From NCBI GenBank assembly GCA_053919585.1, contig CM132787.1: a stretch of DNA of 64,000 nt. One strand, written 5' to 3'. A program made the position numbers and the translations under genes. A model generated the notes under the pieces. The model was not told where the DNA came from. It worked only from the letters and a program-made list of their open reading frames with translations, and ran no database searches. The stretch is from Euprymna scolopes. Lineage: Eukaryota. This document shows positions 14,546 through 27,427 of this stretch, in pieces (the stretch's first letter is position 1; each line of letters begins with the position of its first letter).

Positions 14546-14677
14546 AACCTGGCAGATATTTTTGAAAGATATCCTCTCCTTTCGATTGTACGGGTTCGAG
14601 CCTGCTTTCCTACTACCACTATTTTTTTGCTCAACATATACATTCAAACACCTGGATAACGCCGGACTGAAATGCTA

Positions 14678-14744
<67 letters not shown>

Positions 14745-14842
14745 TTCTATTTGTTTACACAAATAGCGTTGCTTTTGACGCTAGCGGGAGTTATTTCATT
14801 CCGCAATATCCTGAACCCAAAATAGGAAACATTTACATTCAT

Positions 14843-14886
14843 CTACATACAGTACTATTTCGCTGTATTACAGCTCATCAGTGCGG
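14843..14886 (-). ncRNA. Type I hammerhead ribozyme fold, slightly degenerate; same family as 63933-63976
   Basis: Minus strand reads CCGCA CUGAUGA GCUGU-AAU-ACAGC GAAA UAGUACUG UA/ UGUAG. The core is intact and stem I has one mismatch. Confidence 0.75.
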
Positions 14887-15269
14887 CTCGACCAGCAACT
14901 ACTTCAATCGACCGTCTAATGTGCGTATATTATAGTGTGTGCTTACGGACTAACTTCTCCCTCAGGTTGTAAAAAGCACGAAACACGTTTTCGTACTAAA
15001 AGCAAAATGCCATTTTCACTTATTTTTTTCATGATTTAAAAAAAAATGTATCTATGATTTATTTTTCCAATCTGTAAAAATAGCAAATTATACTTTTTGA
15101 TATTTTTGATGAGGATTAATAAGTCGCATTGTAGCGGATTGCAAATCCCTTAGGATTTCTTCTTAATTGCAGCTGACGGAACGAGAGCAAAGGGTTCCGT
15201 TCAAGACTCTATGCAGGTTAATGAGTACAGCAGAGATATTCACGAGTTCGATAAGAAAATCCCGGAATC

Positions 15270-15550
15270 AAACAAGATACATCTGAAAAAAACAAATGTT
15301 ACAAGATACATCTGAAAAACAAATGTTACACGATACATCGGAAAAAAAATGTTACAAGATGCCTCGAAAAAAAAACAAATGTTACAAGATACATCTGAAA
15401 AAACAAATGTTACACGATACATCTGAAAAAATGTTACAAGATACATCTCGAAAAAAAAACAAGTGTCACAAGATACATGTGAAAAAATAAATGTTACAAG
15501 GTATATCTGAAAAAACAAATGTTACAAGATACATCTCGAAAAAAAACAAA
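15270..15550. repeat. Minisatellite, unit about 27-32 bp (AAACAAATGTTACAAGATACATCTGAAAAA), about 9-10 copies
   Basis: Read directly; unit length varies with the A-runs. Confidence 0.9.
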
Positions 15551-16082
15551 AACGTTAGAACAACCTATATATGAAAATAAAATTCAAATTAGAACACTTG
15601 TCCAAAAAATACGAGCAATTTATTTGTGTTTGTATTCTTCTTTTAATTTACTTTATTTCAACAAACTAAAAATAGACAAATCCTGAATTCGAGATCGACA
15701 TTCACTACTTATATTCTGTTATAGAATTTAGTTTTAAACGTCCAACCTTCACATCAAAGAATAAATTATCGATTTAAAATAGCAACAATAATATCGATTG
15801 TTTCGTTGTTACTATTATCAAATCTGTAATCATTTTCTCGTCGGTTTAAAAGCCAGAGTTTTAATTTTGAACTTAAAAATTTATATTTTCTTTATTTTTC
15901 TCCGAAGATATTTGAAATTAAGATATAAATTCTGCAGATGTATTTTATTTGTATTTTATATTTTTATCTCGTCAAATATAGAAATGAGAATGGCTTGTTT
16001 AAAACGATAATAAAACAATTATTTGTTATTTTAAGATTAAGTATAGTGTATAAAGAGTTGAAAAATAACAACATTTAATTGA

Positions 16083-16700
16083 TTTTTTTTACACGGTGGT
16101 CACCACTTATCAAGGCCTGGAAGCCACTCAGGGATAAGGGTTATTGCAAGTACAGTAGGTTAGTGTGGAGATTTAATGAAGTGTTTACTTAAGAGGGCGG
16201 TTCATTAGGAATTTGTTTACGTTGGACTTGAAGACATCCAGTTCAGGTAGGAAGCAGGCAGACGAAACAGAGTTCCACAGGCGTGCAGTTCTAAGAAAAA
16301 AGCTTTGTTCATGGAATCTACGTTTTGGTTTAGGCACAGATAAAGAGTGGGGGAAATTTTTCACAGTGGATTCAGCTAGACGGGTGTTTTCGTGAAAGAT
16401 TGGCGAGGGGGGCCAGGGATGGGAGTTCAGACGAGCACCTGCCATGGAAACAACGATAAAACAAAGATAGGCTCGCAACATCTCTTCTGTGGGAAAGAGG
16501 TTGCAGGGAAGAGAAAAGGGCATCCCCCACTAATCCCACGAAGTCTATTTTGTACTCTGTCAAGACAGGATAGGCTGTTTTATCAGCTCCTGGACCAACT
16601 TGGCTTTTATATAGATAGATAATTGCATCATTAGTGAGATATCTTCTGGAGCGGTAGAAGGATCCCCCCATCTTTCCAGCGATCATGGCAATAGACTTGA
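16083..16700 (-). mobile_element. CR1-group LINE family B, 3' fragment
   Basis: GDALFSSLQPLSHRRDVASLSLFYR; same 3' UTR as 6035-6570. Confidence 0.9.
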
Positions 16701-16709
16701 TGTTTTTTT

Positions 16710-19700
16710 AAATTTTTTTTATTACATTTTCACCCCAAACAAGGCACATTGCCACTTTGGTGTAGGGGGCTACTATCAGGGGAAACATCTACTGGGGTAC
16801 TATGTAGGGATTAGGGCAGCGAGATGTTGGTTCACGTTGCACTTGAACTTATGCATGTCAGTACACTTGGGGAAGCAGTGATCTGGAATGGAATTCCAGA
16901 GTCGAGCAGTTCTGGGGAAGAAACTGCTGGAATAGAAAGATATTTTACATCTAGGGATCTCTACAGTGTGGGAGTGGGATTTTGCAGCTTGTCGGGTCTT
17001 TCGAGGGTGTTCAGGTCGTGGGGGCACAAGTGCTTGCAGTTCATCAAAGCATTCACCATTATAATACTTGTAGAACAGGCAGAGGGGTGCAATGTTTCGA
17101 CGATAGGACAGAGGCTGAAGCTTAGATGCCAGTTTAGGGCCTATCAGATTTGCGACTCTCTTTTGAACCCTGTCAAGGAGCGAGAGACTAGTAGCCGATG
17201 CACCAGCCCAAATATGACAGCAATACTCCATACATGGGCGAATAGTGGCCTTATAGAGGTACAGGATACTTTCGGGTGTTAGAAGTGTTCTAGCACGGTA
17301 GAGAGAGCCCACCTTCCTCGCAGCGGCCCTGGCAATGCTCTCGATGTAATTGTTCCAACGTATGTTTCCTGTGAACGTTAGGCCAAGGAGCTTGAGAGAC
17401 GTACTCTCAGATAAAGAGTCGTTGGTCATTGCTATAGGTGGTAGAGAAGGTTTCTTGTAATTATTGAATGAAACCAGTTTTGTCTTGGCGGCATTGAACG
17501 TGACCATCCATTTTTGACCATATTCCACTACTGATTGGAGGTCATCCTCTAGTGTTTCTGCCATTACTTTAGATATATGTTCATTTGTTTTCCTGTCGTG
17601 CCTGCTATAGAGTGTGGTGTCATCAGCATATATACCCACCTCAGAGGCAATTTTGTCGGGGAGGTCATTTATGAATATCAGGAACAGCAGAGGTCCATGG
17701 ATAGATCCCTGGGGCACTCCCGCATTTATATCATATTGTTTAGATGTACAACCGTCGAGGACAACCTGGATTTTTCTCTTATCTAAGAAGGATTTAATTA
17801 TGTTAAGTATTCTACCAGTGAGACCGTAGTATCTAATCATCCTGAGGAGACCCTCATGCCATACCCTGTCAAAAGCCTTAGATATATCTAGAGCTACTGC
17901 TCTGCCTTCTCACGCTTTGTCCAGTGAATGGTATATGCGTTCAGAGATTACAGTGAGGATGTCTGTCGTGGAACGGGCTTGGCTAAATCCATATTGTTGG
18001 TCGGTCAGAAGTTTAGCATCTGTAAGGTTCTGGACTAGAGCATGGTTAATTAAGGTCTCAAATATTTTGGCAAAAAGTGGGAGGAGGCTAATAGGGCGAT
18101 AATTTAAAGGGTCAGTGCTTTCGCCAGAATTCTTGAATACTGGTACCACAGAAGCAGTTTTCCAACAGCTCGGAAAGCAAGATTCATTAAGGCATTTGTT
18201 GTAGAGTTTGGAGAGAACTGGAGCTACTTCGGCTGAGCACTTTTTTAATAGCACAGCTGGGATGAGATCGGGTCCACATGCTTTGGAAGTGTCAAGGTTG
18301 TTTATGATAGCATGCACCTGAGCAGGGGTGATTATTAGATCGTCAAGCGTGGCGTCTGTCCGCATAGGAAATTGAGGTAGGGGGTGGTTTAGAGGGTTCA
18401 GTGTTGAGTTTGAGGCAAACCGACTGGCAAGCATGTTAGCCTTCTCGGTTGCTGAGCAAAGAACCTCGTGATTGTTAGTTAGTGGGGGAATTGTTGATTG
18501 CCCATTATTTACTACACTGTTGTAGATTTTCCAAAAGTCACGAGTTCCTAGTTTTTGTACTTTGATGCGTTTTTTAGTGGTTTCCGTAAATTCCCTCTTA
18601 GATGTCGCTATTTCTTTCTTAACGTTACTTCTAGCTTCTATGTACTTCTGTCTGTTTGAACTGGACTTATGTCGGTTAAACCTGCGGAATGCATGCTGCC
18701 TTTGGGCAATGGCAGTTGCGCAAGTCGAAGTAAACCATTGGGGAGAGTGTCGCTTGCTATAGAATTTCAGCATGGGAACATGCGCTTCGATTGCAGTTTT
18801 GAACCATTCAGTGGTCTCGGTTGCACACTGTTCAGCAGGAAGAGAAAAAATATTTCCCCATGGGGCGTCTCTGATAAGATCTCTGATGGCTTCCCAGTCA
18901 GCCTTTTTTAATATCTCGTTGTTTTGAGCACTGGCTCTTCAGTTTTGGGTCTAGAGTTTAGGGCGATTTCAACCATTATCACCGCATGATCAGCGTTCCC
19001 AAGTGGGCTGTCGGCTTTCGTTACACAATCATCAGGAACTGTGGTCAAAAACAGATCTACTAGTGATGCGTGTTCTTCTTCCTGATCAGGGAAACGGGTT
19101 GGAAAAGTAACAATTTGCGATAGGGAGTGAGATACAGAGAAGCTATGAGTTGCGCTGCCTGCTGCATCTGTGTGAGTAGAGAATCCAAGCCAGTTTTTGT
19201 GATGGACATTAAATCACCAAATACATGTACTTGGGCGCTAGTGTCGAAGGAGAGTGCTGTGTCTATGCTGTCAGATACTTTGTTTATTATGGTGCAGTCT
19301 TGGGTCGAGAGGAGAGCGGTAGAGAAAGTAAAAGTAGCTAATGTTCTGTTGCATGATTAGTCTAAAGCACATAAAGGCTTGATCATACGCTTCTAGGTTT
19401 GTTTCTCTAGTCAAGGGAAGGGTATTACGAATGTAAACTCCAAGTCCGTGCATATGTCTGTGAGAGTCCTTACGGCAGAGTGGGAGATATCCAGGCATGT
19501 TAAAGTAGTTAGAGGGGATGGAGGGGTGTAGGTTAGTCTCACTTAGTGCTAAGATATCCGGGGTATTTGTTAGGATAAATGCTTCAACATCAGCTAAATT
19601 AGTTCTAAGCCCACGGATATTTGTGAATGCCAGCCTCAAGGGAGGAGGCAAGTGTGATTTGTTTGACCCTAATCCTGGTTTAAGCTTATTTTTAGATTGT

Positions 19701-21292
19701 AATGTCATCATATTTTTAACGAGTTTCAGTTTATGTAAGGGGAAGCTGAACAGGGGGGTATGCAGATTATCACACATGCAACAGAAGTAGACCATCAGCT
19801 GACCTTTCTTCAACTAGGATTGTGGCCTCAGGAAAGCCCACCGGGGATGAGTGCAGGGTCCCTTTCCATGCGCGCCATGGCACTGCAAACATCCCGATAT
19901 TAGACAACTGTTGATGGAGCAGTCGCTCTAAGCGCTACCAAAGAGTTAGGGCACCTGTACTACCAGTCGGAAACAGCAGCCAGTAACTGTCAATCCGGTA
20001 CCCTCAACCCATCAGAGGAAGGTCAACCCAATCTAATTGCTCAGGCATATATGGTACTCAAGCATTCTCAAGTGCCCAGCTTTAGGGGTGGGGTGTGTCG
20101 GGAGTGGGGAAACGGCGTTCATTGCCCTAGACAAGAAACAAGATCTACCAATAGGTGTTTCTGTCGAATAACTGTGATAGTATCTCTGCGCCTGACTAAT
20201 AGGCAAAGAAGGAGTATGGAAGTCGGGCGATAGGCAGGACCTATCTACTCCTTAAGCAATTTAGGTTTGCAAACCGGTAATTTGTTTGAGTCACCAGTTC
20301 TAGGAAGGCTGTCATCCAAGACTGAAGAGGCCTCCCTCCTCTTTGGTTTAGTTTCAGAGTTTTCCGTCTCTTAGACGGATGATCTGGAAAGATCTACTGG
20401 GTCCGTCACCACTGAGAGGGTTTGCTCCGCGCCTGGGTTCTAATCCAGGTATTTCTGCGACCCCGCGTGGTTAGTTAATGTTATTGGGTTAGTTTGTAGA
20501 GGTTATATATCTGCTAAATAGTTACACTCCTCAAAGTGAATTAGGGACATTGTTATTTCATTGTTACTGGATAAAGGGGTTGAGTAGAGCTCATGCAGTG
20601 TAAGCAACTATGATTGTAAGGAGGCTTGTTAGGAGGAGATAATGACGTGTGAGGCTTTCTCTTTTATATGTATACATTTTTTATTCTTTTTATTCATGTG
20701 AGCTTGGGTCTAGTATAACATTAAAGTGTGAGTAGGTGTTAAGAATTGAACTACGAGTTGTGCCCAAACTATATTTTAGATGACAGCAGGGCATGAGATG
20801 CGAGTGCAATATAGTACGGATAAAACAGTAAGTTTTGAGTCATGTGTAATTTGGTAAATAGATATATGGGCTGGTTTTAGTGGGTGCGAATAAAGTTGAA
20901 GGTACAGAGTGAGTTTCTATTATTGAGAGAAGATGTTTTCAGCTTTCAAGTAAGAGTTATGGACATTTAGCATAGCAAGGAGCATTGGTTCAGTTTCGTA
21001 TTAGCGTTGCAAAGCTATCTAAGAGGAGACATAGTTGTGTAATGCAGTGCGGTGTGCTTTGCTTCCGAGTATATACTTTGTCTGTTAAATACCTAACTGA
21101 GATAGGAATGAACTCCAATGCATGTCTAAAGGGTAGAATTGTATAGATGTTTAGTGATGACTAAGCAGTTAGCATGTGAGGGTTAGGGGCTGGAAGTTAA
21201 AGATTCCAGTACAAAACGGTGTGAAATGTAGGAGTTAAGTGGCGGTTTGGTGGGAAGGAGCAGATTGTTAGCCTTCAAGGGGCAGGGGTTAT
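16710..21292 (-). mobile_element. Near full-length CR1-group LINE, family A, with about 1.6 kb of non-coding 5' region
   Basis: APE and RT coding remnants and a 3' tail are present. The 5' region is shared with the second copy at 43244-44904 up to about 21292. Confidence 0.93.
16800..19711 (-). pseudogene. APE endonuclease-reverse transcriptase ORF of CR1-A, disrupted by stops and frameshifts
   Basis: FTNIRGL, ILALSET, MHGLGVYIR, NYRPISLLP, QYGF, GVPQGS, YADD and EYCCHIW occur in ORFs 19271-19813, 17910-18773 and 16800-17840. Confidence 0.92.
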
Positions 21293-21659
21293 TAATTTAC
21301 AAGAAACAGATCTAAATTAGGATTTAGAGTGATATTTTTATGCATATATAGGTGTATATAATATGCATATGTGTATGTCTGCATCTATTGTGTTGGCATA
21401 CTAAAATTTGATGAATTCTGGTAAACCATATGTCTACATAGATATATTGACGTAACATACCAAAATTTGATGATTTTCTGCCAGTCATAGCTCACTAGAT
21501 ATATATAATCTAATCATTTTAAAACTTACTTGTCGTAAACCCTAAATGAATATTAAATACCCCCGATTCTAAGATTAATTCATTAAACCTAAATATATAA
21601 TAACGTTTAACTGAATTTATAATAACATTAATCCAACTACTGATAGAACCCTTTGATTT

Positions 21660-22115
21660 GCCCTTTTCTCTTCCCTGCAACCTTTTCTCACTGAAGAGAT
21701 GTTGCGAGTGTGTCTCTGCTTTGTCGTTATTTTCATGGCATGTGCTCAGCTGAGCTGCAATATATGGTGCCTCCGTCGCCAAACTTTCACAAGAAACATC
21801 CGTGTTGCAGAAAACACTATCACTAATTTCCCCTACTCTTTATCTGTGCCTAAACCTAAACGTAGATTCCATTAGCAAAGCTTCTTTCTTAGAACTGCAT
21901 GCCTATAGAATTGCCTTCCGTTTTCCTGCTTTCCAACTGACAACAAGATTGTTGTATTCAAGTCTAACGTAAACATGTTTTTGATGAGCCGTTTCATATA
22001 AGTCAACAAATTTACCGAATTTCCATTATTAACGATGCCTATATTGTTCAATCTCTTCAACCGTTATCATCGAGTGGCCTTTTGGTCTTGATAAGTGGCA
22101 ATGTCTTTGTAAAAA
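21660..22115 (+). mobile_element. Decayed CR1-group family B 3' fragment
   Basis: Similar to the reverse complement of 6035-6490 (agcttctttcttagaactgca...ttgataagtgg). Confidence 0.75.
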
Positions 22116-22430
22116 CAATAACACATCTCATTTATATCAAAATGAAACTCTACTTACTTATCAATTCACTCGAAATTAAATAAAATTAAATTACTTTAGT
22201 TCATTAATTTTGTGTTTTTACTTATTCATTTCATAATTGTACATATCTAGGTAACTCATATTTAAATGTATCTAATAAAAATGTGGATACAATCATTGAT
22301 TTGATCTTCAACATTTAACTTAAGCATCGTGTCTTATCAAATTTTATCTATATCTATCGATAAAATAATGTACCTTCCTTCAACCTTAATTATAGATTTT
22401 AATAAAGGTTTCATTATATCTATGAATATA

Positions 22431-22588
22431 CAGGGTGTCCCAAATATATGTATATCCACCCCCAACCTGTCTTGGCATGCTTCCACTACTATTTTAAGAT
22501 CGATGAGTTAAATCTGTAAAGATATAACAAACATCTAGTTTTAACTTATTTAAAGCGTGTATACATCTTTTTGGCTTTGGGCCCCCTG
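22431..22588. mobile_element. Tc1/mariner-type MITE
   Basis: TA-CAGGGTGTCCCAAA ... TTTGGGCCCCCTG-TA; the TIR is related to the element at 30840-32117. Confidence 0.65.
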
Positions 22589-22615
22589 TATTTTAACTCT
22601 TTTGGGATAGTTTTG

Positions 22616-22665
<50 letters not shown>

Positions 22666-23764
22666 TGTGTGTGTAGATTTACATAAACTGTCCCTTTAAA
22701 TATTATCTTTTTTACACTACCATTGCAAATGTCTAATATATACATTCTTCTCTCTATTACGTTATAATAATTGTCTAATTAACTATACTTGATCTTATGT
22801 TTAACATATTTTGTTTGAGTAGATCAAACTTTTATATTTATGTGTATTTTTATTTATTTATTTATTTACCTCCTATCGACAACCTTCAAATATAAGTTTT
22901 CCAACCAATCCACACACATATATTTAAAGGAACACCGAGTACATATTTCCCACTGATACCTGGACAATACAAGGTCGTTTATGATTGCGTTTACTTTGAA
23001 TAAACCATGACCGTAATCTAACTCCCACCACCTACAAATAAGCGCAATATCTACAATTGGGTTTCAATGCCAGCTCACACAGACTATGCAATTGACTATT
23101 GACCTCCAATAGGAGGTAATGTCTCCGCACCCACAAAGATGCTGGATTTTTTCTAAACTTCAACACCGGCGGTTTACCTCGCCGAAGATGGTTACCATTT
23201 CTGATACCCCTGGAAATCGTAGTACGGGATCTTTACACATTCTGGATGTTACCTCAAATTTGGAGCCTGTTTCTAATGTAACGGATCACTCTAATACCTC
23301 TAATCTTCACCTTGGATTTGTATTCGTCCGACATGGCAGGATTATCCACAAAATAATTAGACTCATCCTGATGTTGGATTGCTTGGGCTGTATCTATCCT
23401 TTGTCTATGACTTTATCTTTTACATAACTTTTTTTTCAATATTGTCTGTTGAGAGGTATATATGTTTATTCATCGATGACAATTTAGCTAATTGGATTTC
23501 ATTTTCATCTTCTGATATGAGCCATTATTGAAAATCCATGGATTAAGTAAATAAATATAATTATTTTCCATATATGCCTGGCTCACAACTATAAGTTCTA
23601 AACTTGAAAATATATTTATGTATATTTTAATCTACAGCATTTAACTTTAATCTTTAAACTTATAGTTGCTCTATTTTATATATTGAGCTAGGATCGTCTT
23701 GAAAGCATAATCTCACTGTGTATTTAAAAAGACAATCAAGTTTATTATTTAATTTGTGATTTAA

Positions 23765-23811
<47 letters not shown>

Positions 23812-23817
<6 letters not shown>

Positions 23818-24303
23818 TTATATGTGTGTCACTGTGTGAGAGTCCATTACCTGTGAATCCTGAAACGGTTGAGGCTATTTGGAAAAAAATCACAAAATGG
23901 TACATACTGTGCCTGAAAGTGTTCTTTAATAGGTTTAATACCTATATGTTCACAATAAATATCGAAAAGTGATGATCGAGAAAATTTCGATTAAAAAAAG
24001 TCTGCTTCTGTTTAAAGCCTAAGTGGATAATGAAAACTGACTTCTGCAATTTTGACTTTAATTCAAGTCAACATGTAAAACAATTTTATAAAATAAACAG
24101 TAAGTTCTCTATACTGAAATGTTAACTACAATGTATTGTGAACTACGTCACTGTTGTTTTCGTGTATGTGTTTTAGCCTAGAGCACGAAATTTATATATT
24201 CTATTGAAAAATGGCGATTTCATCGAGTTCGATGTCAATAAAAGTCAAGAACATTTATTGATCATCATTTAATCACGGCCAATGTTTGATTTCCTTTCTA
24301 GTA
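23812..24303 (+). mobile_element. Non-autonomous Helitron-like element between (TA)n tracts
   Basis: gtgtgt-rich start with tcctgaaacggttga (compare 52703 ttccgaaacggctga); ends CTAGT. Confidence 0.4.
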
Positions 24304-24317
24304 CATATATAAACATA

Positions 24318-24359
<42 letters not shown>

Positions 24360-24449
24360 TATGTTTATATATATATATAGGTGTGTGTGTTTGTGTGTGT
24401 TAATGCATATTTTTCAATCTATCTTTCTATCCATCTTTTGATGTGTATA

Positions 24450-25430
24450 AAATAAACTGTGACGTTCTCATCGATAATGTATCTATCGTTTCGTTAAAAG
24501 AAATAACTTAAGGTTTATTTTGGAGAATCAAATTTGTATATTTGGTATTTTCCTGAGTACCAAGTTTTTGTAGCAGCAGAATAATTTTTTCGTCGTCACA
24601 CAGAAATATTTTAGAAAAATTGTATTCATATCTTCTAAAATACGCTGGGAATGTCAGCCATTTGTTGGTTCATGCAAAAATGTCGATAGAGAGTTTGCAA
24701 TTCTTCAGGTGTAAATCGGCAATCTTTTTTCTACTTGCTTCATTAATATAGTTTGTAATAATTCACTTTGTTTTAATTGTACGTTCCTGTAAATAGTCTA
24801 TATGCTTTTGCGTTTGCAAGGCCAACTGCCTGGTTTTGGTGAGTTCAGTTATTTACTCCATATTAAACTTTTAAGCCCAGTATAAAACAACAAAATTAAT
24901 TGTACAAAAAGAAAGCTCTTACTAAATTCAATTAATTTGTCTAAAGGCACATATTATTTCGTAAAAATTTCTAAAAGTTTTGGAGAAGAAAATACACAGC
25001 GCAATTAAAACAAACACAAAAATAGCAGTATAAGACATGTTCCTTTTTTCAGTCTTTTCTATCCTTATTAATTTTTTTCTTATTAGAAGAAAATAAAATT
25101 GAAATGAATTAGAAATAGAACAGATATTTTTCTTTCCATTTTTTCAGTATAAAACTAAACAGACCGAATTACGTTTTTATTTTCTTTTTGACAAAAGAAT
25201 TACTTATTTTTTTGTGACTTAGTTTTGTTTTCTTTTTTCTGTTTAATTCTTTTTAAAATTTCTTTTTCAGTTAGTCAAATTATTTTAAGTTTTTAGAACG
25301 TATTTCTGTTCAGACTCAATGGTTTTCTTTTTCCGAATTCAGTTTCACTTTTTTTCCTTTTGAGTGCTTCTTAGAAAGAAAAATAAATTCCCTCTCCAAA
25401 ATACTATACGCTCATCTTTCGTCGTCAAAT
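24450..25430 (-). mobile_element. Decayed Ty3/Gypsy LTR retrotransposon 5' internal region (PBS-like site and gag N-terminus)
   Basis: Minus strand TATCA-TTTGACGACGAA resembles an LTR end followed by a TGGCGACGA-type PBS. Frameshifted TFPAYFRRYE...DDEKIILLLQKLGTQENTKYTNLILP resembles invertebrate Gypsy gag. Confidence 0.65.
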
Positions 25431-25799
25431 GATATATCTTTTTTAGATAAACATAGCACAGAACATTTACTTAGGGTTAATTGAAAGGTTTTTTTACAAA
25501 GGATACCCGGTGTCTTCAAACTCCCTCATTCCGGAGGAGTATGTCTACAATATCTTATTGTCCGGAGGAGTGATAGGTCATTCATTATAACAATGACTCA
25601 AACCAAACAAAGTAAAACTGACTTCAGCTGACCAGATTTGAGATTGATAAAGCTATTTTGATACTAATATTGTTTCGCTAATCAAACCATGTCATTTAAG
25701 AGAATGGTAGTGAGTATTGTTTTGGGTTCACTGATATTTGGGATGACACCTGATAAGTTGTCTTAAGGAAATTGCCTGATTACGTAATGTTGCAGTGAC

Positions 25800-25992
25800 T
25801 ACTCGATGAATAACGGATTATTACGTAGTGATTACTGATTGGGGAAAACACCCTGGTTCGCCAGACTCACACCGGTACCCGATACGAATTATGGGGACGA
25901 GCAAATCTTGACAGAGTCTGAACTTCCTCCTCGGTTCCGACACCTCCTCCCCCCACGCGCCGGCTAACCACTACTCTCACTGACCACTAGAC
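25800..25992 (-). mobile_element. Possible tRNA-derived SINE remnant
   Basis: The minus strand has an A-box-like GTAGTGGTTAGC and a B-box-like GTTCAGACTC, followed by a GGGTACC-containing body. Confidence 0.3.
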
Positions 25993-26327
25993 GGAAACAA
26001 TAAAAGCGAGAGTAAGAGAGAAAAAAAAAGAAACAAATCGTTCGTCGTAAATGGATTTTTGAAAACTAATACTTACAGACAGCTGTAAATATTTTCGTTA
26101 TTGGAAAATGCATTTGGAAAATTAATTTAACTGTATTCATTGTAGTTAGAGGTTTTATTTGATAATATAATTCTCGTATAAACGAATACTAACGACTGGA
26201 GTGTTTTACATATTGTCTTTTTTTCTTACAGGAGACAGCGAGCAAAAAGGGCAATAATCTAAAACTGGGAGCACGTTGTTCCTCGCACATCTAAAATAAG
26301 CAGAACGTAGAGCGTACGCCACACCTA

Positions 26328-27427
26328 ATAGGTTGGTGCAAAAATAATGTGTTTTTTTGCGTTCAACTTCAAAAGACTATAACTCTTTTCGTAATAAACT
26401 TTATCTAGCGAAATAAAGTACCATTACAACCGACACATTTTTATCAACGAGAAACAAGGTTTCTCATCCTATTAGCATACAAATCCAGAGTTCTGGAAGT
26501 AATAAGATAAAGTCGATTAGGCACCATCTCGACTTTTTAAGAGGTCCGGTGAATTTGGCGGCTGGGGCAGAGTCTCGTAGTCTAATGGCTTCAGCTTCTT
26601 CAGGTCAGTTGAGCACCATGCGAGCGAGCGTTATCATGGAGGTGAATTTGTCCATTCATATTGACCAATCTCGGCGCATAGGTTGGAGGGTCTGGTGCAT
26701 TTCGTCAATTTGTCAGCATTACGTCGCCCGGGTTCAAGAAGCTGTGATCGATGACAGGCCGCAGATCACTAAACAGTTACCATAACTTTTGGGATTCAAT
26801 TTCGGCTTCGGAAAGTGTCGTGGAGCTTCTCCAGCATCCAATCACTGTGGTGAATGTCGCTGATTCTTGTAGAGGATCTACATCTCATCAAACGTCACAA
26901 CCAGCTCGAGAAATAGATCGTTTTTTGTTGCGCAAAAGGAGCATAGAAGACACCTCAAAGACGATTTTTTGGATTATCGTTCAATTCATACAGCATCCAT
27001 TTATTAAACTTATTTTTACTTCCCTATTTGCTTTAAATGGCGGACGACTGTTGAGTGGTCGACGTCGAGTTCAACAGGAAATTATCGTGCGGTTTTGCGA
27101 GGATTTCCTTCAATTAAGGCTTTTAGATGTTCGTCATCAATCGCAGTCAGCCGGTCGCGACCGTCTCCATCTTCGAGACTCTCGTCACCATTGCGAAATT
27201 TCTTGAATCACCGTTGTGCCACATGTTCGTTAGTGTTTTCTGGGAAAACGCATTGTTTATATCATGAGCTGTCTCGGAAGCTTTTCGGCCTACTTTGAAC
27301 TGAAACAAGAAAATGTTGCATGTTTGCATTTTGCCCATGCTGTCGAAAAGCCTGCAAAATATGAGTTCGCATATCGAAACGGTATCAAATAATACAATCC
27401 GATAGAATGAAAAGCGCGCTTCACAAT
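26328..27427 (-). mobile_element. Decayed mariner transposon, 5' TIR lost at the CR1 junction
   Basis: TIR TAGGTTGGTGCAAAAATAAT; transposase remnants IFLFQFKVGRKASETAHDINNAF, LRNKNDLFL..VVTFDE and EAPRHFPKPKL. Confidence 0.9.

Noticed and set aside
16824-17282. 152-aa plus-strand ORF and similar ORFs antisense to RT regions
   Set aside because: Shadow ORFs of LINE coding sequence with no independent motifs
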